A stretch of 64,000 nt of DNA from Eledone cirrhosa (taxonomy: Eukaryota). The stretch is taken from positions 26,694 through 90,693 of the forward strand of contig CAXHJY010000052.1 in the NCBI GenBank assembly GCA_964016885.1. Reading direction: 5' to 3'. Position numbers and translations under genes: made by a program. The notes beneath the pieces are model-generated. The model ran no database searches. It saw nothing but the letters and a program-made list of their open reading frames with translations, and was not told where the DNA came from. The stretch's first letter is position 1. The number at the start of each line of letters is the position of its first letter. This document shows, piece after piece, positions 13,915 to 27,044 of this stretch.

Positions 13915-16900
13915 GTGTCTTTATCACTCTACACTCATTTCAGCCACCACCTGACCATTGGGTATCTTTAGCACAGTCCACTCAATTTCAGCCACCACCT
14001 GACCATTGGGTATCTTTAAAACTGTCCACTCAATTTCAACCACCACTTGACCATTGGGATGTCTTTAGTACTGTCCAGTCAGTTTCAGCCACCACCTGAC
14101 CATTGGGTATCTTTAGCACTGTCCAGTCAGTTTCAACCACCACCTGACCATTGGGTATCTTTAGCACTGTCCAGTCAGTTTCAACCACCACCTGACCATT
14201 GGGTATCTTTAGCACTGTCCAGTCAGTTTCAACCACCACCTGACCATTGGGTATCTTTAGCACTGTCCAGTCAGTTTCAGCCACCACCTGACCATTGGGT
14301 ATCTTTAGCACTGTCCAGTCAGTTTCAGCCACCACCTGACCATTGGGTATCTTTAGCACTGTCCAGTCAGTTTCAGCCACCACCTGACCATTGGGTATCT
14401 TTATCACAGTCCAGTCAGTTTCAACCACCACCTGACCATTGGGTATCTTTATCACTGTCCAGTCAGTTTCAGCCACCACCTGACCATTGGGTGTCTTTAT
14501 CACTGTCCAGTCAGTTTCAAACACCACCTGACCATTGGGTATCTTTAGCACTGTCCAGTCAGTTTCAACCACCACCTGACCATTGGGTATCTTTAGCACT
14601 GTCCAGTCAGTTTCAGCCACCACCTGACCATTGGGTATCTTTAGCACTGTCCAGTCAGTTTCAGCCACCACCTGACCATTGGGTATCTTTAGCACTGTCC
14701 AGTCAGTTTCAGCCACCACCTGACCATTGGGTATCTTTAGCACAGTCCAGTCAGTTTCAACCACCACCTGACCATTGGGTATCTTTAGCACAGTCCAGTC
14801 AGTTTCAACCACCACCTGACCATTGGGTATCTTTAGCACTGTCCAGTCAGTTTCAGCCACCACCTGACCATTGGGTATCTTTAGCACAGTCCAGTCAGTT
14901 TTAACCACCACCTGACCATTGGATATCTTTAGCACTGTCCAGTCAGTTTCAGCCACCACCTGACCATTGGGTATCTTTAGCACAGTCCAGTCAGTTTCAG
15001 CCACCACCTGACCATTGGGTATCTTTAGCACAGTCCAGTCAGTTTCAGCCACCACCTGACCATTGGGTATCTTTAGCACAGTCCAGTCACTTTCAACCAC
15101 CACCTGACCATTGGGTATCTTTAGCACAGTCCAGTCACTTTCAACCACCACCTGACCATTGGGTATCTTTAGCACAGTCCAGTCAGTTTCAGCCACCACT
15201 TGACCATTGGGTATCTTTAGCACAGTCCAGTCAGTTTCAGCCACCACCTGACCATTGGGTATCTTTAGCACAGTCCAGTCAGTTTCAGCCACCACTTGAA
15301 CATTGGGTATCTTTAGCACAGTCCAGTCACTTTCAACCACCACCTGACCATTGGGTATCTTTATCACAGTCCAGTCAGTTTCAACCACCACCTGACCATT
15401 GGGTATCTTTATCACAGTCCAGTCAGTTTCAACCACCACCTGACCATTGGGTATCTTTATCACTGTCCAGTCAGTTTCAACCGCCACTTGACCATTGGGT
15501 ATCTTTAGCACTGTCCAGTCAGTTTCAACCACCACCTGACCATTGGGTATCTTTATCACAGTCCAGTCAGTTTCAACCACCACCTGACCATTGGGTATCT
15601 TTAGCACTGTCCAGTCAGTTTCAACCACCACCTGACCATTGGGTATCTTTATCACAGTCCAGTCAGTTTCAACCACCACTTGACCATTGGGTATCTTTAG
15701 CACTGTCCAGTCAGTTTCAACCACCACCTGACCATTGGGTATCTTTAGCACAGTCCAGTCAGTTTCAACCACCACTTGACCATTGGGTATCTTTAGCACT
15801 GTCCAGTCAGTTTCAACCACCACCTGACCATTGGGTATCTTTAGCACAGTCCAGTCAGTTTCAACCACCACTTGACCATTGGGTATCTTTAGCACAGTCC
15901 AGTCAGTTTCAACCACCACCTGACCATTGGGTATCTTTATCACAGTCCAGTCAGTTTCAACCACCACTTGACCATTGGGTATCTTTAGCACTGTCCAGTC
16001 AGTTTCAACCACCACCTGACCATTGGGTATCTTTAGCACAGTCCAGTCAGTTTCAACCACCACTTGACCATTGGGTATCTTTAGCACAGTCCAGTCAGTT
16101 TCAACCACCACTTGACCATTGGGTATCTTTAGCACAGTCCAGTCAGTTTCAACCACCACTTGACCATTGGGTATCTTTATCACTGTCCAGTCAGTTTCAA
16201 CCACCACTTGACCATTGGGTATCTTTAGCACAGTCCAGTCAGTTTCAACCACCACTTGACCATTGGGTATCTTTAGCACAGTCCAGTCAGTTTCAACCAC
16301 CACCTGACCTTTGGGTATCTTTATCACTGTCCAGTCAGTTTCAACCACCACTTGACCATTGGGTATCTTTAGCACAGTCCAGTCAGTTTCAACCACCACT
16401 TGACCATTGGGTATCTTTAGCACAGTCCAGTGAGTTTCAACCACCACTTGACCATTGGGTATCTTTAGCACAGTCCAGTCAGTTTCAACCACCACTTGAC
16501 CATTGGGTATCTTTAGCACAGTCCAGTCAGTTTCAACCACCACCTGACCATTGGGTATCTTTATCACTGTCCAGTCAGTTTCAACCACCACTTGACCATT
16601 GGGTATCTTTAGCACAGTCCAGTCAGTTTCAACCACCACTTGACCATTGGGTATCTTTAGCACAGTCCAGTCAGTTTCAGCCACCACTTGACCATTGGGT
16701 ATCTTTAGCACAGTCCAGTCAGTTTCAACCACCACTTGACCATTGGGTATCTTTAGCACAGTCCAGTCAGTTTCAACCACCACTTGACCATTGGGTATCT
16801 TTAGCACAGTCCAGTCAGTTTCAGCCACCACCTGACCATTGGGTATCTTTAGCACTGTCCAGTCAGTTTCAACCACCACCTGACCATTGGGTATCTTTAG

Positions 16901-18067
16901 CACAGTCCAGTCAGTTTCAGCCACCACTTGACCATTGGGTATCTTTAGCACAGTCCAGTCAGTTTCAGCTACCACCTGACCATTGGGTATCTTTAGCACT
17001 GTCCTGTCAGTTTCAGCCACCACCTGACCATTGGGTATCTTTAGTACTGTCCAGTCAGTTTCAGCCACCACCTGACCATTGGGTATCTTTAGCACTGTCC
17101 AGTCAGTTTCAGCCACCACCTGACCATTGGGTATCTTTAGCACAGTCCAGTCAGTTTTAACCACCACCTGACCATTGGGTATCTTTAGCACAGTCCAGTC
17201 AGTTTCAACCACCACCTGACCATTGGGTATCTTTAGCACAGTCCAGTCAGTTTCAACCACCACCTGACCATTGGGTATCTTTAGCACTGTCCAGTCAGTT
17301 TCAACCACAACCTGACCATTGGGTATCTTTATCACAGTCCAGTCAGTTTCAACCACCACTTGACCATTGGGTATCTTTAGCACTGTCCAGTCAGTTTCAA
17401 CCACCACCTGACCATTGGGTATCTTTATCACAGTCCAGTCAGTTTCAACCACCACCTGACCATTGGGTATCTTTATCACAGTCCAGTCAGTTTCAACCAC
17501 CACCTGACCATTGGGTATCTTTAGCACTGTCCAGTCAGTTTCAGCCACCACTTGACCATTGGGTATCTTTAGCACAGTCCAGTCAGTTTCAACCACCACG
17601 TGACCATTGGGTATCTTTATCACAGTCCAGTCAGTTTCAACCACCACCTGACCATTGGGTATCTTTAGCACTGTCCAGTCAGTTTCAGCCACCACCTGAC
17701 CATTGGGTATCTTTAGCACTGTCCAGTCAGTTTCAGCCACCACCTGACCATTGGGTATCTTTAGCACTGTCCAGTCAGTTTCAACCACCACCTGACCATT
17801 GGGTATCTTTATCACAGTCCAGTCAGTTTCAACCACCACCTGACCATTGGGTATCTTTATCACAGTCCAGTCAGTTTCAACCACCACCTGACCATTGGGT
17901 ATCTTTAGCACTGTCCAGTCAGTTTCAGCCACCACCTGACCATTGGGTATCTTTAGCACAGTCCAGTCAGTTTCAGCCACCACCTGACCATTGGGTATCT
18001 TTAGCACAGTCCAGTCAGTTTCAGCCACCACCTGACCCTTTGCTTGACCCTTTGGTATTTTTACCAC
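13915..18067. repeat. 45-bp minisatellite (~92 units) with one minus-strand frame open for 1343 codons
   Basis: Unit ccaccacctgaccattgggtatctttagcactgtccagtcagtttca(a/g); minus frame reads ETDWTVLKIPNGQVV(A/V); no ATG, and TGA lies two codons upstream. Confidence 0.95.
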
Positions 18068-18191
18068 AGTTCACTCGAGTGAAGCATTCAGACCATGTCT
18101 CCAAATTAAGGATACCTTCCTCCCACCAAACTCAGAGAAAGACCCTCAAAACTGTTACAGGTGCTGTATTTCCCACTAACTAAATCATAAA

Positions 18192-19312
18192 ACAACACCA
18201 CCACCACCAACAACAACACCACCAACAGCAATACCACCACCAACAACACCAACAACAACACCACCACCGCCAACACCAATACCACCACCATCAACACCAC
18301 CACCAACAACAACAACACCAACAACAACACCAACAACAACAACACCACCAACAACACCACCACCAACAACACCACCAACAACACCAACAACAACAACACC
18401 ACCAACACCGCCACCAACAACACCACCAACAACAACAACAACAACACCAATACCACCACCAACAACACCACCAACAACACCACCAACAACAACACCAACA
18501 ACAACACCACCACCAACACCACCAACAACACCACCAACAACACCACCAACAACAACACCACCACCAACACCACCAACAACACCACCACCAACACCACCAC
18601 CAACAACACCACCTACAACAACACCACCACCAACAACACCACCACCAACAACACCACCAACAACACCACCAACAACACCACCAACAACACCACCAACACC
18701 ACCACCAACAACATCACCAACAACAACACCAACAACAACACCAACAACAACACCAACAACACCACCAACAACAACACCAACAACAACACCACCAACAACA
18801 CCACCAACACCACCAACAACACCACCAACACCACCACCAACAACACCACCTACAACAACACCAACAACACCACCACCAACAACAACACCACCAACAACAA
18901 CACCACCAACAACACCACCAACAACACCATCAACAACACCACCTACAACACCACCAACAACACCACCAACAACACCACCTACAACAACACCACCAACACC
19001 ACCACCAACAACACCACCAACACCACCACCAACAACACCACCTACAACAACACCAACACCACCACCTACAACAACACCACCAACACCACCACCAACACCA
19101 CCACCACCAACAGCAACACCACCACCACCAACAGCAACACCACCACCACAAACAACAAAAACACCACCAACACTACCACCAACAACACCACTTACAACAA
19201 CACCAACAACACCACCAACAACACCACCACCAACACCACCACCACCAACACCACCACCAACACCAACACCACCACCAACACCACCACCAACAACAACACT
19301 ACCAACAACACC
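18192..19312. repeat. (ACC/AAC)n trinucleotide low-complexity array
   Basis: Direct inspection. Confidence 0.95.
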
Positions 19313-19510
19313 ATATGACCAGAAATAAACTCTCCAAACTAGTTGTGCAATAGTCTTATAAGATGTAACTTCTTATGGAACCAGAGAAACTTGCAAAAGA
19401 GTTGAGCTGTAAATTTCATTCCATTTGACCATTGTACAGATCTTCAGGTAGTTTTAATTGCATCATTCACATATGTAGTGACATCTGCTGCTGTTGGTGA
19501 TGGCAGGAAT

Positions 19511-21490
19511 GGTGGTGGTGGTGGTGGTGGTGGTGGTGGTGGTGGTGGTGGTGGTGGTGGTGGTGGTGGTGGTGTGATGGTGGTGATGGTGGTGGTGGTG
19601 GTGGAGGCGATGGTAGTAATTGCGGTTTTGATGATGATTGTGGTGGTGATAGAGGTAATAGTGGTGGTGGTGGTGGAGGGGGAGGCGATGGTAGTAATTG
19701 CGGTTTTGATGATGATTGTGGTGGTGGTGTGATGGTGGTGATGGTGGTGGTGGTGGTGGTGGTGGTGGTGGAGGTGATGGTAGTAATTGCGGTTTTGATG
19801 ATGATTGTGGTGGTGATGGAGGTAATAGTGATGGTGGTGGTGGTGGTGGTGTGATGGTGGTGGTGGTGGTGGTGGTGGTGGTGGTGGCGATGGTAGTAAT
19901 TGCGGTTTTGATGATGATTGTGGTGGTGATGGAGGTAATAGTGATGGTGGTGGTGGTGGTGGTGTGATGGTGGTGGTGGTGGTGGTGGTGGTGGTGGTGG
20001 TGGTGGTGGCGATGGTAGTAATTGCGGTTTAGATGATGGTTGTGGTGGTGATGGAGGTAATAGTGGTGGTGGTGGTGGTGGTGGTGTGATGGTGGTGGTG
20101 GAGGTGGTGGTGTGATGGTGGTGGTGGTGGTGATGGTGGTGGTGGTGGTGTGATGGTGGTGGTGGTGGTGGTGGTGGTGGTGGTGGTGGTGGTGGCGATG
20201 GTAGTAATTGCGGTTTAGATGATGGTTGTGGTGGTGATGGAGGTAATAGTGATGGTGGTGGTGGTGGTGGTGTGATGGTGGTGGTGGTGGTTGTGGTGGT
20301 GGTGGTGTGATGGTGGTGGTGGTGGTGGTGGTGGTGGTGGTGGTGGAGGCGATGGTAGTAATTGCGGTTTTGATGATGATTGTGGTGGTGATGGAGGTAA
20401 TAGTGATGGTGGTGGTGGTGGTGGTGTGATGGTGGTGGTGGTGGTGGTGGTGGTGGTGTGATGGTGGTGGTGGTGGTTGTGGTGGTGGTGGTGTGATGGT
20501 GGTGGTGGTGGTGGTGGTGGTGGTGGTGGTGGAGGCGATGGTAGTAATTGCGGTTTAGATGATGGTTGTGGTGGTGATGGAGGTAATAGTGGTGGTGGTG
20601 GTGGTGGTGGTGGTGGTGTGATGGTGGTGGTGGTGGTGGTGGTGGTGGTGGCGATGGTAGTAATTGCGGTTTAGATGATGGTTGTGGTGGTGATGGAGGT
20701 AATAGTGGTGGTGGTGGTGGTGGTGGTGTGATGGTGGTGGTGGTGGTGGTGGTGGTGGTGGTGGTGGTGGTGGCGATGGTAGTAATTGCGGTTTAGATGA
20801 TGGTTGTGGTGGTGATGGAGGTAATAGTGATGGTGGTGGTGGTGGTGGTGTGATGGTGGTGGTGGTGGTTGTGGTGGTGGTGGTGTGATGGTGGTGGTGG
20901 TGGTGGTGGTGGTGGTGGTGGTGGAGGCGATGGTAGTAATTGCGGTTTTGATGATGATTGTGGTGGTGATGGAGGTAATAGTGATGGTGGTGGTGGTGGT
21001 GGTGTGATGGTGGTGGTGGTGGTGGTGTGATGGTGGTGGTGGTGGTGGTGGCGATGGTAGTAATTGCGGTTTAGATGATGGTTGTGGTGGTGATGGAGGT
21101 AATAGTGGTGGTGGTGGTGGTGGTGGTGTGATGGTGGTGGTGGTGGTGGTGGTGTGATGGTGGTGGTGGTGGTGATGGTGGTGGTGGTGGTGGTGGTGTG
21201 ATGGTGGTGGTGGTGGTGGTGGTGGTGGAGGCGATGGTAGTAATTGCGGTTTAGATGATGGTTGTGGTGGTGGTGGTGGTGGTGGTGGAGGCGATGGTAG
21301 TAATTGCGGTTTAGATGATGGTTGTGGTGGTGATTGAGGTAATAGTGATGTTGGTGGTGGTGGTGGTAGTAGTTGAGATTGTGGTGGTGGTGGTGGTGGT
21401 GGTTGAGATGGTGGTGGTGGTGGTGGTGATGGTGGTGATGTTTGTGATGCTGGTGTTGATGGTGATGGTGCTAATGGTGGTGCTGATGGT
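19511..21490. repeat. (GGT)n array with ~14 copies of a higher-order spacer gcgatggtagtaattgcggttt(t/a)gatgat
   Basis: Direct inspection. Confidence 0.93.
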
Positions 21491-21673
21491 GAGTAAAGAT
21501 AGCATGTACATGTACACCAATAAAATCCAATTCACATTCAAACAGTAATACATACGTCTCTCTAAAACCCCCCCAAAAAAGAAGACAAACAGAAAAGAAA
21601 GCCTTCATTGAACAATAGACTAGGAGAAACTAGGATTGTGTGAGAAGTCTGTGCATAAAAATCAACATCTCAA

Positions 21674-21686
21674 TACATACATATAT

Positions 21687-21769
<83 letters not shown>

Positions 21770-22160
21770 TGTATGTATGTATGTATGTATACATGCATAC
21801 ATATATACATATATATACATATATATATATATATACATACATACATGCATACATATATACATATATATACATATATATATATATATACATACATGCATGC
21901 ATACATATATACATATATATACATATATATATATATATATACATACATGCATACATATATACATATATATACATATATATATATATATATACATACATGC
22001 ATACATATATACATATATATACATATATATATATATACATACATGTATACATATATACATATATATACATACATGCATACATATATACATATATATACAT
22101 ACATATATATATATACATATATATATATATACATATATATATATACATACATATACATAT
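21674..22160. repeat. Compound AT/ATAC/ATGT microsatellite
   Basis: Direct inspection. Confidence 0.9.
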
Positions 22161-22807
22161 GAATCCATGCATGTGTATCCCTGCTTCTTTGTCTGCACTA
22201 GCCATTAAGTACAGTATACTATTTAATAGAAGAAATGTATATATAAGAGGTGAGTTTATAGTGCATGAGAAATGAAGAAATATCATAAAAGTAACAGAAT
22301 TCGAAAGTGTACTGCAAAATACTAACTCCTTTCATCTGAATAAGCAAATATATAACAACAAAATTTATTGTTTGATGTCACTACACAGAAAGTAAGCGAC
22401 AGTAAAGAGGAATGCTTTATCAGAATTACTGAACAAGAGAGAAAAAAGTTTTATAGTTGTCTTCATATACGAAACGCCAGCTACCTGAAATATGTAAGAT
22501 GAATACATCAACTTTAGAGAATATACTTGAGTGTAAAAGTACAATATAAAGAGTTGTGTAGTTGAGAAGGAAAAAAGTATTGTCTTCAGTGCATGGCAGA
22601 GAAATACTATGTTTTTTGTTTTGTTTGTTAGTTTGTTTGATTTTATAGTTTTTTGGGGGGTTTTTTGACAAAATTGTTGAATAGTGATTAAAATATAAGT
22701 TCCTCCCAAAGTGTTGTCACGAAAGCAGACTTGCACTTTGGAAAATGTATTATTTGTGTGTGTGTGTGTAATTCTTTGTGTATATATATTCATTATTTTG
22801 TGTATGA

Positions 22808-23020
22808 GGGCAGTGGATTGGCAGTATTGGGTGAGTGTCAGACACCATGCCTTGTTGCATAGAGTTATAACCCTTTACGTTCTGAGTTAAAATCCCACTG
22901 AGGTTAACTTTGCTTTTCATCCTTACAGGGGTGGTAAAATAAAGCACCAGTAATGCACTGGGGTCGATTTAATCAACTTCCCCTCCCCTAAATTCCTGGC
23001 CTTGTGCCTATAGTAGAAAT
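22808..23020 (+). mobile_element. SINE family A, long variant
   Basis: Carries the extra segment gggtcgatttaatc...cccctcccctaa before the tail. Confidence 0.88.
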
Positions 23021-23170
23021 CGTCATTTCTATGTATATATACATGTGTGTGTGTGAGAGAGAGAGAGTGTGTGTGTGTGTGTGTAAAAAGTAAATGGAAA
23101 TAACAAAAGAAAATTACACATTACAATAAAGAAATATATTAGTTTAATGCTTTAAATAATAATAAAAGAG

Positions 23171-23206
23171 TCTTAACGTTTCAAACACTAGTCCTTCATC
23201 AGAAGA
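23171..23206 (-). ncRNA. Minimal hammerhead-like motif (degenerate copy of the 59656 family)
   Basis: Minus strand TCTT-CTGATGA-AGGAC TAGT GTTT-GAAAC-GT-T-AAGA. Confidence 0.6.
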
Positions 23207-23309
23207 TAGCATGAGAAATAAAAGATGAAATAGAAAGATAGTGAGAAGAAGAAGGAAAGGAAAATAAAAATTGAGAAAAAAAGTACTCATGCGTATTTAG
23301 TCAGCCATT

Positions 23310-23460
23310 TTGATATTAGAGGAATCAGATATGTGCAAGAAAGAAAATTGCACTGGTATGAACCTGTGATGCATAGGGAGGGTGATCTTTGGGTGAAGGA
23401 GTGCCAGTGGAAGAAAGTTGCAGTAGAGCAAGACTGAGGAAGACCTGGGCAAACACTAAA
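23310..23460 (+). mobile_element. RTE LINE 3' coding remnant
   Basis: Frameshifted IRGI..VQERKLHWYEPVMH..WVKECQ..RLRKTWA. Confidence 0.75.
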
Positions 23461-23472
23461 CATCACAAAGTA

Positions 23473-24008
23473 GATGATGATGGAATACAATAAATGGAAG
23501 GAGGCTGGGATGTTATGTGCTGGAGAGGAGAGGACCCATCCAACCCATGCTAGCATAGAAAAGTGAATGTAAAGTGATGATGATGATGATGGAATACAAT
23601 AAATGGAAGGAGGCTGAGATGTTGTGCTGGAGAGGACCCATCCAACCCATGCTAACTTGGAAAAATGGATGTAAAGTGGTGGTGATGATGATGATGGAAT
23701 ACAATAAATGGAAGGAGGCTGAGATGTTATGTGCTGGAGAGGACCCATCCAACCCATGCTAGCATAGAAAAGTGAATGTAAAGTGATGATGATGATGATG
23801 ATGGAATACAATGAATAGAAGGAGGCTGAGATGTTGTCTGCTGGAGAGGACCCATCCAACCCATGCTAACTTGGAAAAATGGATGTAAAGTGATGATGAT
23901 GATGATGATGGAATACAATAAATGGAAGGAGGCTGAGATGTTATGTGCTGGAGAGGACCCATCCAACCCATGCTAACTTGGAAAAATGGATGTAAAGTGG
24001 TGGTGATG

Positions 24009-24030
<22 letters not shown>
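23473..24030 (+). repeat. Tandem array (5 x ~110-120 bp) of an RTE 3' terminus including its (TGA)n tail
   Basis: Unit ...acccatccaacccatgcta...gaaaa..g(a/g)atgtaaagtgatgatg resembles the RTE end at 55853-55905; a sixth unit lies at ~24285-24380. Confidence 0.85.
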
Positions 24031-24043
<13 letters not shown>

Positions 24044-24096
24044 GATGATGATAATGATGAGGAGGATGGTGATGATGATAATGATGAGGATGATGA

Positions 24097-24275
24097 TAAT
24101 TGTTTCTACTTTTTGGCACAAGGCCAGCAATTATCCCAGTACATTACTGGTACTTTATTTTATCGACCCCGTAAGGATGAAAGGAAAAGTTAACCTCGGC
24201 GGGATTTGAACTCAGATCGTAAAGGGACGTAACTATGCTGGAAAGCATAGTCCAACCCTCTACCGATACTGCCAA
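24097..24275 (-). mobile_element. SINE family A
   Basis: Body and tail match the family consensus. Confidence 0.9.
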
Positions 24276-24435
24276 TAATGCGATGAATGGAAGGAGGCTG
24301 GGATGTTATGTGCTGGAGAGGACACATCCAACCCATGCTAGCTTGCAAAAATGGATGTAAAGTGATGATGATGATGATGTTGAGCATCTAGAACCACATT
24401 TATTGGTATAATTTGCACATCTTTTAAGACAAAAA

Positions 24436-24742
24436 CCACCACCGCCACCACTACTACTACTACCTATACCACGACTACCATCTCTATTATCATTACTACT
24501 ACTTTTACCACCACTACTACCACTACTTCCACTATTACTACTACTACCTATACCACCACTACCACCTCTATTATCATTACTACTACTAGCACCACTAACA
24601 CTACCACCACTACTACCACTATTACCACTACTACTATCACCACCACCACTACCACCATTACTCCCACTATTACAACTACTACCACCACTACCACCACCAC
24701 TACTACCACCACTACTACCACCACTACCACCACCACCACTAC
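24436..24742. repeat. (ACT/ACC)n low-complexity tract
   Basis: Direct inspection. Confidence 0.85.
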
Positions 24743-24839
24743 AACACATTAACAAACCACTTTGCAAACATTTATTCATTCTTTCTTTCTTTGTCAGTGA
24801 TAATTATTTCTAAAACTTTTAGCTGTATCTGTAATTCTG

Positions 24840-25463
24840 ATACATATACTCATATACATATATATACACTCATACATACACATACACATACACTCATACA
24901 CATATATATATATACACTCATACTCATATATATACATACACTCGTACACACATATATACATACACTCATACACACACATATATACTCATACACACATATA
25001 TACATACTACACACATATATACATACACTCATACACATATATATATACACATACTCATACACACATATATACATACACTCATACACATATATATACACTC
25101 ATACTCATATATATACATACACTTATATATATATACACTCATACTCATATATATATACATACACTCGTACACATATATATACATACACTCATACACACAC
25201 ATATATACTCATACACTCATACACATATATATACACATACTCATACATATAGATATACATACACTCATACACATATATATACATATACTCGTACATATAG
25301 ATATACATGCACTCATACACATATATATACATACACTCATACACATATATATACACATACTCATACATATAGATATACATACACTCATACACATATATAT
25401 ACACATACTCGTACATATAGATATACATGCACTCATGCACACATATATCATACACTCATACAC

Positions 25464-25495
<32 letters not shown>

Positions 25496-25647
25496 ACACA
25501 CAGGATTCTGCTTTGGTGATTTGCTGTAAGTTCTTTATTATTTAATAGCTATTTTTCTCTGTGTGTATATATCTATGTATACACACTTATACACACATGA
25601 ATGTATGTATACACACATATATACATATGTATGAATGTATATATGTA

Positions 25648-25725
<78 letters not shown>

Positions 25726-25786
25726 CATACATATATATATTATGGAATGCTGTTGACATTTCGCTGGTGTGTTTTCTATACCTTTC

Positions 25787-25873
<87 letters not shown>

Positions 25874-25885
25874 TGTATATATATA
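24840..25885. repeat. Compound ATAC/ACTC/AT microsatellite-minisatellite
   Basis: Direct inspection. Confidence 0.85.
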
Positions 25886-26337
25886 GTTTGGAGTAGATAT
25901 CATCTACCAATTCTCTTCCTCATTCCATAAATTGTTTCCGTTTTCTTTCACGGCCATTTTGCTGTCATTTCTGATATTCATTTAAAATGTCCTCTAATAC
26001 CACTCATGTCATTTTCTTTTAGAATCCTCCAACATTTCAAACCATTTATTTTATATATTTTTATATTTTTTAAATATTTCTAAATCATTTCACAATTATT
26101 TTAAAATTACTTTGATAGTTTCAATTAAAATAATAATTTTTATTGCTTTCTTCTTCCATTCTTTCATCCATTCCAGAATCTTCCTAGTCTGTTATTTTAG
26201 ATTCTAGTTTAATTTCAATAAATTATCCTATCAGGAATCATATCATATCAAAGTTGTATGTTAAAACTATTTCTGTTGAAAGTATTGTTGTTGCTGTTAC
26301 CTTCAAACATTCCTGTCTTTATCATTTCATTTTCAAA

Positions 26338-26450
26338 CGGCGGTGAATTGGCAGTATCAGTAGAGAGTCGTACGCCATGCTTTGCAGCATAGTGTTACAG
26401 CCATTTACCAGTCTGAGTTCAAATCCCACTGTGGTTAACTTTGCCTTTCA
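26338..26450 (+). mobile_element. SINE family A, 3' part missing
   Basis: Head and B box present, ends at gcctttca. Confidence 0.85.
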
Positions 26451-26542
26451 TATATATATATACACACATAAGTCAATTGTTTTATTTTCTTATAACATAG
26501 CTACGCTATTCATCAAGGCAAGTGCTCATTATATCTGTGAAG

Positions 26543-26733
26543 AGGCAGTGGATTGGCAGTATCGGTAGAGGGTTGGATGCCATGCTTTGCAGCATAAAGT
26601 TACGGCCATTTACAGTCTGAGTTCAAATCCTGTTGAGGTTAACTTTGCCTTTCATCCTTACGGGGTCGATAAAATAAAGTACCAGTAATGCACTAGGAGA
26701 ATTGCTGGCCTTATACCAAAAGTAGAAACAATT
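26543..26733 (+). mobile_element. SINE family A
   Basis: Full-length match to the consensus. Confidence 0.9.
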
Positions 26734-26769
26734 ATTTCTTCTTCAAAATCAAACTGATTTCAATTCATT

Positions 26770-26955
26770 GAATGCCAAAATAGAAGTAAATTAACAGCAA
26801 ATGATGTCAGACATGTGGTAAGAATCTCTCAGGGAAGTATTGCTAGATAGATTTCATGGGCAAAACCACCTGGTAGGGGAGCCAGGGGTAGATACCGAGC
26901 AAGATGGCTGGATAACATCCATGAACTTAAATGGTTTTGCTTGGGAATCCATGTT
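26770..26955 (+). mobile_element. RTE-clade LINE 3' coding remnant
   Basis: HVVRISQGSIAR*ISWAKPPGRGARGRYRARWLDNIHELKWFCLGI resembles the RTE C-terminal GHVVRM..GRRPRGRPRTRWxD motif. Confidence 0.7.
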
Positions 26956-26961
26956 AATAAA

Positions 26962-27044
26962 AAAACAATGAAGTTTCATTTACACATATTTAGGTTTTTA
27001 ATTTGTATTGACCTAAATACATGTAAACGAAACTTCATCGTTTT
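26962..27044. repeat. Short fold-back inverted repeat (~35-bp arms)
   Basis: aaaacaatgaagtttcatttaca..tatttaggt / acctaaata..tgtaaacgaaacttcatcgtttt. Confidence 0.8.

Noticed and set aside
13915-18067. CRISPR-like or diversity-generating array
   Set aside because: Units are contiguous with no unique spacers, and the context is eukaryotic.
19400-19450. Minus-strand CTGAAGA...GAAA motif
   Set aside because: Helices I and III cannot be formed convincingly.
18106-21553. Poly-V/L, poly-G and W/C-rich ORFs resembling membrane or glycine-rich proteins
   Set aside because: Trinucleotide repeats with frequent frame-breaking indels; same for 24306-24779 and 31556-31909.
21630-22286. YI/HT/CV-rich ORFs here and throughout (e.g. 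33048-33470, 44222-46312, 52728-55969, 62237-63496)
   Set aside because: Translations of dinucleotide microsatellites.
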